The notes under the pieces were generated by a model that saw only the letters and a list, made by a program, of their open reading frames with translations, had not been told where the DNA came from and searched no databases. DNA of 64,000 nt, taken from contig CAWCMR010000007.1 of NCBI GenBank assembly GCA_963796685.1, positions 1-64,000 of the forward strand. Direction: 5' to 3'. The DNA is from an uncultured delta proteobacterium (lineage in GTDB: Bacteria > Myxococcota_A > Polyangia > Fen-1088). The position numbers were made by a program, and so were the translations under genes. Below, piece by piece: positions 19,386 through 27,285 of the stretch (its first letter is position 1; each line of letters opens with the position of its first letter).

Positions 19386-19705
19386 TCAACCTCGACGGCC
19401 ACCACCGTTCTGGACACTTGCTCCACCGATGCCGACTGCACCCCGTGTATCTGGGGACCGGCCCCGACGGACCCGAGCGAGTGTCCCGGATTTTTCAGTT
19501 GTTGTGGCGGATTCTCAGCGACCAAGAAGAGGTGCGAGTCCAATCGTGCGGGCTGGAATGCCTCTTGTCCCGGCCAGTCTCCGCAAGATCGAGCATGCCC
19601 TTGCATCCTACTGTGCGATGGCATCTCGGCGATTCCTGTGTTGCAGGCCGGTGCGCCTTTACGTGTCCATCAACTGTCGATGCGGCGCCGGGTGCTGCCG
19701 CCTAA
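19371..19705 (+). pseudogene. Cys-rich extracellular protein fragment (5'-truncated, frameshift at ~19634)
   Basis: CSTDADCTPC...CC...C...CPC..C, continuing SCVAGRCAFTCP in the adjacent frame. Confidence 0.5.
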
Positions 19706-19754
19706 CAGCTGGGTATAGGGGGCATCGGGCATCGGTTGGGCGCGTGGGATATGC

Positions 19755-19782
19755 AGGTTACGGAATCTCGGTTATCGGACAT
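19755..19782 (-). other. dif/Xer-like 28-bp site
   Basis: ATGTCCGATAA-CCGAGA-TTCCGTAACCT, 11-6-11 layout with the inner TAA..TT typical of XerC/XerD arms; the D arm is degenerate. Confidence 0.35.
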
Positions 19783-19901
19783 TTCTTCGGCGAGGGGAAA
19801 ATGGCGCTTGTTCCGCCTGCCTGCCCGAGCATCATGTGTTCACGGAAGGGGTGAATATTCTTCTTGCCCGGAAGAGGTGAAAAGGCTAACCTCATGGATG
19901 C

Positions 19902-20189
19902 GTGATTCACAGCTTCGCGGATGCCCGAACGGCAGATCTCTGGGTGGGCAAGGCCAGTGCCAGATTGCGGCAGGTCCCACCGGATGTGCAGGACCGCGCC
20001 TTCAGGAAGCTCGTAAGCATCCATGCGGCCGAGGAGGTCGAAGACTTGAGACGGCCTCCATCGAATAGGCTGGAGAAGCTGAAGGGTGCTCGCGCACAGC
20101 AGTACTCAATCCGCGTCAACGATCAATGGCGGATTTGCTTTCGCTGGTCGGGCGGAGCGCATGACGTCGAGCTGACGGACTACCACTGA
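19902..20189 (+). CDS. higB: HigB (RelE/ParE superfamily) toxin
   Basis: MIHSFAD..T; DLRRPPSNRLEKLKG..QYSIRVNDQWRICFRW...DYH. Confidence 0.93.
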   Translation: MIHSFADARTADLWVGKASARLRQVPPDVQDRAFRKLVSIHAAEEVEDLRRPPSNRLEKLKGARAQQYSIRVNDQWRICFRWSGGAHDVELTDYH

Positions 20190-20246
20190 GCGCGCGGCAA
20201 CGGGAAATTGAGAACCGAACCAAGGTCAGCAGCATTGGAGACAGAC

Positions 20247-20561
20247 ATGGCATCCATACCAAACAAGGGACTTCCCGGAAGGGTCGCACCTCATCCTGGC
20301 GAGTTTCTGAGCGAGATGCTCGAGGAGATCGGGGTATCGCAGACGACGTTTCACAAGCGCACGGGCATGTCCATGCAGCGAATCAGCGAGATCATCAACG
20401 GAAAGCGCGGTATCACGCCCGAGACCGCCTGGATTTTGGGCGGCGCTTTCGGTCAGACGCCGAATTACTGGCTCAATCTGCAAGCCACGCACGATCTCAC
20501 GAGGACGAGGCCCGCGCGACCGATCACCCGCATGCCCGAGGCGGTCAAGACCACGGGCTAA
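20247..20561 (+). CDS. higA: HigA antitoxin (HTH)
   Basis: HPGEFL; RISEIINGKRGITPETA; YWLNLQ; GGAG RBS. Confidence 0.92.
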   Translation: MASIPNKGLPGRVAPHPGEFLSEMLEEIGVSQTTFHKRTGMSMQRISEIINGKRGITPETAWILGGAFGQTPNYWLNLQATHDLTRTRPARPITRMPEAVKTTG

Positions 20562-20633
20562 CCGGGTACAGTGCCGGGAACCAGCGGGCGACTACTTCTA
20601 TCGGAAAGCCGAACCGGACTGGCATCTTTGGCC

Positions 20634-20667
20634 TGTCCGATTGGAATAGGCTATCGGACATTTTTTT
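20634..20667 (+). terminator. Intrinsic terminator after higBA
   Basis: TGTCCGAT-N11-ATCGGACA followed by T7; a second hairpin follows at 20668..20690. Confidence 0.6.
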
Positions 20668-20704
20668 GTGACTGTCGATACAACAGTCACCACTTCCGAT
20701 ATGC

Positions 20705-22020
20705 TGTGGTTCGCCAGGTCCTCATCCGCCGTGCCTGTTTCCCGACGGTGGCGACGATTTGCGAGCGATGACCGCCGACCGCATGCATGATCGAGCCATG
20801 ACCGGCCTCTGTATGAGTTTCCTTGGAGTGTTGCGTTCCGCCTGCCGCATCCGCGCAGAGTTGGCGCTCGAAAATCTCGCCCTTCGCCAGCAACTGGCCA
20901 ACCTCCGGCGTACATCGGGGCGCCCATGCGTGCGCATGGCCGACCGCTCCTTTGGGCTCGTTCTCTCTCGCCTTTGGTCGCGCTGGGCGGACGTGCTTGT
21001 CATCGTCAAGCCAGACACCGTCGTTCGCTGGCACCGGGCTGGCTTCCGTCGTTTCTGGCGTTGGAAGTCGCGTCCGCGCACTCCGGCGCGAGATGATGTC
21101 TCGCCGAAGACCAAGGCGCTCATCCTCCAGATGGCCAAAGCCAACACATCTTTGGGAGCGCCAAGAATCCACGGCGATTGCTCAAACTCGGCATCGACAT
21201 CGGCGAGCGCAGCGTCTCCCGCTTCATGCCACCCAAGGCACGCAAGCCTCCCTCGCAGACCTGGCGCACCTTCCTCGACAACCATGTCGATTCGCTCTGC
21301 TCGATCGACTTCTTCACCGTGCCGACCGCGACTTTTCGCGTTCTCTACGTCTTCCTGGTCCTCTCCCACGACCGCAGGCGTGTCCTGCACTGGAACGTCA
21401 CCAGCGACCCCGGCGCGCAGTGGACCGCCCAGCAGATCGTCGAGGCATTCCCCGAGGACACGGCGCCAGACTACATGACGCGCGACCGCGACGGAATCTA
21501 CGGTGACTACTTCCGCCGTCGTGTTGGGAGCTTCGGCATTGAGGAAGTCGTCTCGGCACCCAGACCACCTTGGCAGAATCCCTATGTCGAGCGACTTGTG
21601 GGATCAATACGGCGAGAGTGTCTCGATCAGGCCGTCGTCCTCAATGAACGCCATCTTCGTCGCATCCTGACCGCGTACTTTGCGTGCTACCACAGGTGCA
21701 GAACTCACCTATCTCTGGGCAAGGACGCGCCCGAGCCGAGAGCCGTCCAGCCGCCAAGCATGGGCGAGATCGTGGAGTTACCGGAAGTGGGTGGCCTGCA
21801 TCACCGCTACGAGCGCCGCGCGGCCTGATCGCGACAAGTGTCCGCCGTGCCGACGTCGACATAGACGGCCATTCCTTTGTCCGCGCGACGAAACCGCGTT
21901 CGCTCCGACATGATCACGCGCCCGGCGTGGTCGCTCTCGCCCGCGATCACGCCCGTCGTCGTGCCGTCCACCCAGGCTCGACATCACGTCGGCGCACGGA
22001 TAAGACGTTGGCGAAGGACA
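20705..22020 (+). mobile_element. Insertion sequence, IS481-like (DDE/rve)
   Basis: TGT...ACA ends with imperfect terminal IRs (TGTGGTTCGCCAGGTCCTCATCCG vs TGTCCTTCGCCAACGTCTTATCCG, 17/24); no target duplication seen. Confidence 0.75.
20798..21828 (+). CDS. Transposase, integrase core domain (frameshift at ~21177; start uncertain)
   Basis: LENLALRQQL; GAPRIHG|LLKLGI; DDE residues in IDFF, RDRD and NPYVER. Confidence 0.88.
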
Positions 22021-22098
22021 GGGGCGATGTCTTGCGGTGGCGACCAGAGGTCTTGGTGGCGCATTCTGCTACGACCCCAACTAGAAGACTAACCCATC

Positions 22099-22455
22099 TC
22101 AGTAGGCGTGGCAGTCGAAGCAGTCGGGGCGGACGCTGGCCTGTAGGTGGCAGCGGTCGCAGAACTGTTCGCGGTGGGCGTGGCAGCTTCGGCAAGACGA
22201 GATGCCTTGCGGGCGAGCGCCGGCGAGATCCATGCGCTTTCCCTCGCGCACGACCTGGTCGCGCAGGCGCTTGAGATGCTGCATGTGCTCGAAGCGCATG
22301 TTGGCCTTGGGTAGGATGCAAGTCGTGCTCAGGGCGGCTGGTTCCAGCCATGGGGCTTTGGCTTCCGGCCGCGCGGCGAAGACGATGACCGCGTAGAGAA
22401 GGGGCATGGCCATGAGCACGAGCGAGGAAACGATGGCGCGGCGGTGGCCGGTCAT
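22099..22455 (-). CDS. DsrJ-like triheme cytochrome c (second paralog)
   Basis: N-terminal TM helix; C...MRFEHM..L..LRDQVVREG; CRSCH, CDRCH, CFDCH; ATGA overlap with qmoC. Confidence 0.8.
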   Translation of the reverse strand: MTGHRRAIVSSLVLMAMPLLYAVIVFAARPEAKAPWLEPAALSTTCILPKANMRFEHMQHLKRLRDQVVREGKRMDLAGARPQGISSCRSCHAHREQFCDRCHLQASVRPDCFDCHAY

Positions 22456-22662
22456 CGCGTCCCTCGGCCAGTGCGTTCGGCGTAGAGCAGGGCGAGGGCG
22501 CGATACACGACGTGGGCCAGCTTCGAGTAGGGAAGCATCCACAAGAGCAAGAACACCGCGACCAGGTGCACGGCGTACGCGGCGTAGCGCAGCGGCTCGA
22601 GGCGAGCGAAATGCAGCAGCTCGGTGGCGAAGCCGGTGAAGACGATGACCAGCAGAGAGCCG
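22099..22662. repeat. Right (intact) copy of the ~565-bp direct repeat
   Basis: See 18459..19023. Confidence 0.95.
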
Positions 22663-23648
22663 AGCAGGGCGAGATCGGAGTAGGTGGTGGTGCCGGCGGT
22701 TTCGGGGCGTTTGCAGCGCTCAACCAGCATCAGTGTCGCGCCCGTTGCCACGGCCAATCCGGCCAAGTTGGCCATCAGCTTCCACGGATTCCAGAAGCCG
22801 AGGGGATACACCAAGCCTTCGAGCAAGGGATTCCAGCGGGCGGTGACGGCCCACAGGCTGGTCAGCCACAGGGCGAGCATGCCGTAGACGACGATCAGGT
22901 GGTGGGCACGCCGGGAGCGGTTGCTTGTGCACAGGGCGAAGTCGTCGTGCCAGACGATGCGCCGGAAGGCGGTGCGGAAGCCGCGAACGGGCCGCGATGG
23001 AGCAGGCTGCTCCGTGAAGGCGTTCATGTCCCGCCACAGGCGCCGCGCACCCCTTGCCAAGACGGCCAGGTCGAATGCAACCAGCAGCGCGAAGACCGTC
23101 CCCAGAAACCCGTGCGGCAGACGCGTCCAGAACGGGAAGACGGCCCGCCGGCCGGTGACGGACAGCGCGAGCTCGGTCTTCGCGAGCCCTGACATTTCCC
23201 ACGCCCCGGCGGCGGCCACCAGGAACACGACGGCGGCGAGCACGATCCAAGGCAGGCTGGCCGGCCGGTCCGCCCACCGCCCGAACGCGCGCGGGGTGGA
23301 GTAGTGAATCACGCACTCGCGGCGCAGGGCCGCCATCACGTCGCCGGGACGGGCGCCGCGCGGGCAGCGACGCGAACAATCGCCACACTGGTGGCACAGC
23401 CACAGATCCGGATCCGCCATCAAGCGGTCGCGCAGGCCCCATTGCGCCCACAGCATTTCTTTGCGCGGTCCCGGATTGTGCGCGTCGGCCAGCTCGCACA
23501 CCGTCGAGCACGTCGCACACTGCATGCACTTGCGCAGATCCTCGCCACCGCTTTGGAGTAGGTGGCGCAAGAGAGCGCGGTCGGGCCGCAGGCGCTCCCT
23601 CGATTGCGCTCTTTCGACCGGTGGTTCGCCAGCGCCCATGCTGCTCAC
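22452..23648 (-). CDS. qmoC: QmoC (2x[4Fe-4S] plus diheme membrane domain)
   Basis: CMQCATCSTVC; PRKEMLWAQWG; CHQCGDCSRRCPRGARPGDV; PYSKLAHVVYR. Start GTG 23648 or ATG 23639. Confidence 0.92.
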   Translation of the reverse strand: MSSMGAGEPPVERAQSRERLRPDRALLRHLLQSGGEDLRKCMQCATCSTVCELADAHNPGPRKEMLWAQWGLRDRLMADPDLWLCHQCGDCSRRCPRGARPGDVMAALRRECVIHYSTPRAFGRWADRPASLPWIVLAAVVFLVAAAGAWEMSGLAKTELALSVTGRRAVFPFWTRLPHGFLGTVFALLVAFDLAVLARGARRLWRDMNAFTEQPAPSRPVRGFRTAFRRIVWHDDFALCTSNRSRRAHHLIVVYGMLALWLTSLWAVTARWNPLLEGLVYPLGFWNPWKLMANLAGLAVATGATLMLVERCKRPETAGTTTYSDLALLGSLLVIVFTGFATELLHFARLEPLRYAAYAVHLVAVFLLLWMLPYSKLAHVVYRALALLYAERTGRGTR

Positions 23649-25879
23649 TCTTTGAAAGGATTGGGACCGAGGTCTTCGATCTTCTTCACGAACCTGTCGA
23701 TCAGGCCGGGCAGGGTGAGGTAATCCGAGAGCGCCACGTGCTCGACCTGCACCCGCTCGTCTTCGAGAGCCATCTGCTTGAGCTTCTGCTTCACGTTCTC
23801 GCTGCGCGTGGCCAGCAGATCGCTGCCGCGGGTGTAGTGGCATTGCGTCTGTTCGCCGGGCTTGCACCCGAGCAGCAGAACGCCGTCGAACCCGCGCGCG
23901 AAGGCGTCGGACAGCCACACGATGTTGACCGCGCCCAGACAGCGCACCGGAATGGCGCGCACGAAGGCGCTGTAGCGCTGGCGATGGAAGCCGGCCAGCT
24001 CGAGCGCGGGGTAGGCGTCATTTTCGCACAGGAACATGAGGATGCGCGGCTTCTCCTCGAATTCGTCCGGGACCTGGATGGATTTGATCATGCGCACCAC
24101 CATGTCCACCGAGTAGTCGGCGTACGAGATGATGCGCTCGGGACACGCGCCCAGGCAGATGCCGCAGCGACGGCAGCGACTGGGGTTGGGCTTGGGCGTG
24201 CACTTCTCGTCCTCGTCGAGCGTACCGAACGGGCACTCCTCGGTGCAGCGCTTGCACTGGGTGCAGCGCTGCAGGTTGAAGGTCGGTGGCGAGGGGTCGC
24301 CCCAGCGCGGGTGCACGGCCAGCCCCAGGGCGGTCTGCTCGATGGCCTGGATGGCCTTCAGGGCCGCGCCCTCGCCGTCCACGCGGCTGCTTTCCAGATC
24401 GGCGGGGGCGCGCAGGCAACCGGCGGCATAGATGCCGGTCCGGCGGGTTTCGTACGGGAAACAGATGAAGTGCGAATCGGGGAAGCCGTACTCGAGCGGC
24501 GGGAGATCGGGGCCTTGCCGGTAGGTCAAACCGAGAATCTCGGTGCCTTCGTGGGGGCTCAGGCGGTCGATGGTGGCTTGCAGGACCTCGGTGTTGCCGT
24601 CGCCGCGAGCCAGACCCTTGCGCGCATCCTTGAGCTCGCGGATGGCCGGGCCATCGGCGGCTACCGGCACCATGCCGGTGGCGAGCACCACCAGATCGAC
24701 TTCCAGCTCGACGCCGTCGCCGAGCTGGCTTGGGCCCATGCGCACGAGCACGCCCTCGCGTGTCGGCTCGACCTCGGTCACCTCGCCCTTGCTGATGAAG
24801 ATTCCGGGATCTTCTTGGGCGCGGCGATAGAAGTCCTCGTGCAGCCCGAGGGTGCGGACTTCTTTGGCCAGCACGTAGGCCTCGCAGGTCGGGTCCAGCT
24901 CGCGCGCCCACAGGGCTTGCTTGAGCGTGACCCGGCAACAGACGTTCGAGCAGTAGGGGAGATGGTCGCGGTCGCGCGAGCCGGCGCACTGGATGAAGGC
25001 AATCCGGCGCGCAGGCTTTCCGTCGGAAGTACGCTTCAGGCTGCCGGCGGAGAGGGCACGCTCGAATTCGACGTTGGTAAGGACATCGGGCGAACGCCCG
25101 TACCCGAGGTGTGCCAGGCGCGAGGCATCGTAAGGCTTCCAACCCGTCGCCTGCACGATGGCGCCGACCTTGGTCGAGAGTGCTTGCCCGCCGACCTTCA
25201 GCTCCACCTCGAACTGACCCGGCTGTCCCGAGATGCGGAGCGATTGCGTGTCGCAGTGAACCTGGATGCGCGGATGCTCGGCCACATCGCGCAGAAGCGG
25301 CTCGAGCGCCGGCGACTCCAGCTCGCGATACGGCGCTCGACTGGGCAGCGTCCTCTTCCACGAGCGGAGCCATCCGCCAAGCTCAAGTTGCTTCTCGACC
25401 AGCAGCACTCCATAGCCCGCGCGCGCGGCACCGAGCGCCGCCGAGATCCCGCTCGGGCCACCGCCGACCACCAGGACCGTTCGCTCGACGGGCAGCGGCT
25501 GCGGCTCGACGACTTCCACCTTGGTCGCGCGCGCGGCGCCCATGCGGACCATATCCTCGGCCAGCATCTGGGTGTCTTCATGCTTGGGCTCGTGGCTGTA
25601 CACCACGAGCTCGCGCAGGCTTACGCGCTCGGTGTGGCAACCCTGACGAGCGAAGGTTTGGCTGTGAAAGCGGGCGGCGCAGCCGGCGATGACCAACGCC
25701 TTCGCGCCGAGTGCGAGGGTTTCGTCGATGGCCTTGGCTCCTGCCTCGTCGCACAGGAAGGGCAGCGAGCGCACGTGAACCACGCCCTCGCACTTGCCCG
25801 CGACCTTCTCGAGAGCGCCCATGTCCAGCGACCCGGCAAGGTCGCAACCCTGGCAAAGAAGCACCGCCGCCTTGGCCAT
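23645..25879 (-). CDS. qmoB: QmoB (HdrA-like FAD/FeS plus MvhD domain)
   Basis: VVGGGPSG; QCAGSRD..YCS..CC; YRQGPDLP; CTQCKRCTEECP; CENDAYPAL; GPNPFK. Confidence 0.93.
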   Translation of the reverse strand: MAKAAVLLCQGCDLAGSLDMGALEKVAGKCEGVVHVRSLPFLCDEAGAKAIDETLALGAKALVIAGCAARFHSQTFARQGCHTERVSLRELVVYSHEPKHEDTQMLAEDMVRMGAARATKVEVVEPQPLPVERTVLVVGGGPSGISAALGAARAGYGVLLVEKQLELGGWLRSWKRTLPSRAPYRELESPALEPLLRDVAEHPRIQVHCDTQSLRISGQPGQFEVELKVGGQALSTKVGAIVQATGWKPYDASRLAHLGYGRSPDVLTNVEFERALSAGSLKRTSDGKPARRIAFIQCAGSRDRDHLPYCSNVCCRVTLKQALWARELDPTCEAYVLAKEVRTLGLHEDFYRRAQEDPGIFISKGEVTEVEPTREGVLVRMGPSQLGDGVELEVDLVVLATGMVPVAADGPAIRELKDARKGLARGDGNTEVLQATIDRLSPHEGTEILGLTYRQGPDLPPLEYGFPDSHFICFPYETRRTGIYAAGCLRAPADLESSRVDGEGAALKAIQAIEQTALGLAVHPRWGDPSPPTFNLQRCTQCKRCTEECPFGTLDEDEKCTPKPNPSRCRRCGICLGACPERIISYADYSVDMVVRMIKSIQVPDEFEEKPRILMFLCENDAYPALELAGFHRQRYSAFVRAIPVRCLGAVNIVWLSDAFARGFDGVLLLGCKPGEQTQCHYTRGSDLLATRSENVKQKLKQMALEDERVQVEHVALSDYLTLPGLIDRFVKKIEDLGPNPFKE

Positions 25880-25882
25880 GGT

Positions 25883-27262
25883 CTATGGGCTCCCCGTCGC
25901 CACGGCCATGGCTCGCAACGCCGCGCTGGTCGCGTCGCGAACCGAGGACGCGACGTCCATGGGGCCGCGCGCGCAGCCTGCGGGAAGCTGTCCGGGCTGT
26001 TCTCGAACCAGGAATCCATACTTGTCCCGCGCAAGGCCGTCGCTCGCGCTCGACGGGACCATGCCGGTGGCCAGCACGACCAGGTCCACCTTCTGCTTGA
26101 GCTTGCGTCCCTGGCCCGTGTCCTCCACCTCGATGACGGGCGAGTCGGCGTCCACGGATACGCGCGCGACTTTGCCTGGAACGAAATGGACCTTGGCATC
26201 CCGCTCGGTCTCGGCGAGGAAGATCTCCTGCCTGCCGGTCGCGCGGCGGTCGATGTAGTAGATGAAGATCTCCGCGTCGGGGTGCTGGGCGCGCACGTAG
26301 CGCGCGTGCTTGGCCGAGGCCATGCAACACAGGCCGGAACAGTAGGTGAGGTGGGCGTCGTCGCGGGAGCCCGCGCACTGGACGAAAGCGACGCTGGCCG
26401 GGGTCTTGTCGTTCGAGGGACGAACGATGCGTCCGCCGGTCGGCCCGTGCGGGGACGCGAGCCGCTCCATCATCATGTTGGTGATGACGTCGCGGTGGGT
26501 ACCGAAGCCGAGGTCGGTCAGTCGGGAAGAATCGTAGGGCGTCCAGCCAGTCGCCCAGATGACGGCTTGCACGTCGAGCTCGATGGTGCGCGGCTGCTGC
26601 AAAGAATCGATGGCCTTGCTGGGGCAGGCGTCGACGCACTTGGTGCAGGGGAGCCCCTCACCCCGACCCTCTCCCCGCCGCGCGGGGCGAGGGGGATCGT
26701 CGCCCTCACCCCGACCCTCTCCCCGCCGCGCGGGGCGAGGGGGATCGTCGCCCTCACCCCGGCCCTCTCCCCGCTGCGCGGGGCGAGGGAGGTGGAGGCC
26801 CAGGCAGACCTGGGCGTCTATTGTGTAGCGGGTCGGCCAGGCGCCGGGGTACGCCAGGTAGGCGGCCTTGCTGGTCTTCATGCCGAAGTCGAACGTGCTC
26901 GGGCGCTCGGCCGGGCACACGCTGGCGCAGATCCCACAACCCGAGCAACGCTCGGCGATGAAGCGGGGTTGTTGCCGGATGCCGACCCGATAACGGCCCG
27001 GCTCGCCGGTCACCGTCGCCACCTCGGCCTGGGTCAGGGTGCGAATGCGGGGGCTCGTGCGCAGGCGCCGCAGATTGATTTCCAGCCCACACACGGGCGG
27101 GCACAGCTTGGGAAAGTACTGGTGCATCTGAACGACCCGCCCGCCCAGGTGGGGCTCGCGCTCGACCAGCACGACCTCGCACCCGGCCTCCGCCGCCTCG
27201 ATGGCGGCGGAGATCCCGGCGATGCCACCGCCGACGACCAAGATGCGCCCGCGTAGCGGCAT
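25883..27262 (-). CDS. qmoA: QmoA (HdrA-like), with a 48-aa repeat-derived insertion
   Basis: ILVVGGGIAG; YFPKLCPPVCGLEIN; QCAGSRD; DLVVLATGMVP. Confidence 0.92.
   Translation of the reverse strand: MPLRGRILVVGGGIAGISAAIEAAEAGCEVVLVEREPHLGGRVVQMHQYFPKLCPPVCGLEINLRRLRTSPRIRTLTQAEVATVTGEPGRYRVGIRQQPRFIAERCSGCGICASVCPAERPSTFDFGMKTSKAAYLAYPGAWPTRYTIDAQVCLGLHLPRPAQRGEGRGEGDDPPRPARRGEGRGEGDDPPRPARRGEGRGEGLPCTKCVDACPSKAIDSLQQPRTIELDVQAVIWATGWTPYDSSRLTDLGFGTHRDVITNMMMERLASPHGPTGGRIVRPSNDKTPASVAFVQCAGSRDDAHLTYCSGLCCMASAKHARYVRAQHPDAEIFIYYIDRRATGRQEIFLAETERDAKVHFVPGKVARVSVDADSPVIEVEDTGQGRKLKQKVDLVVLATGMVPSSASDGLARDKYGFLVREQPGQLPAGCARGPMDVASSVRDATSAALRAMAVATGSP
26655..26790. repeat. Three tandem 48-bp REP-like palindromic units inside qmoA
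   Basis: CCCTCACCCCGACCCTCTCCCCGCCGCGCGGGGCGAGGGG.. starting at 26655, 26703 and 26751. Confidence 0.92.
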
Positions 27263-27285
27263 GGCTCTTTCGGTGGGAGCCGTAC

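Noticed and set aside
21170-21185. Programmed frameshift in the transposase
   Set aside because: No slippery A-run; a single missing base in a conserved HGELLKLG motif fits error or decay.
17820-22098. Integron cassette array
   Set aside because: No integron integrase and no recognisable attC boxes.
18459-22662. Diversity-generating retroelement TR/VR pair
   Set aside because: No reverse transcriptase in the window, and differences are not restricted to adenines.
26655-26790. Possible mini-CRISPR or intein in qmoA
   Set aside because: Linkers are short and identical; no intein terminal motifs.
23621-27256. 1211-aa plus-strand ORF and similar long antisense ORFs (e.g. 27469..29490, 16511..18088)
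   Set aside because: Shadow ORFs of well-supported genes on the opposite strand, expected at high GC; no motifs.
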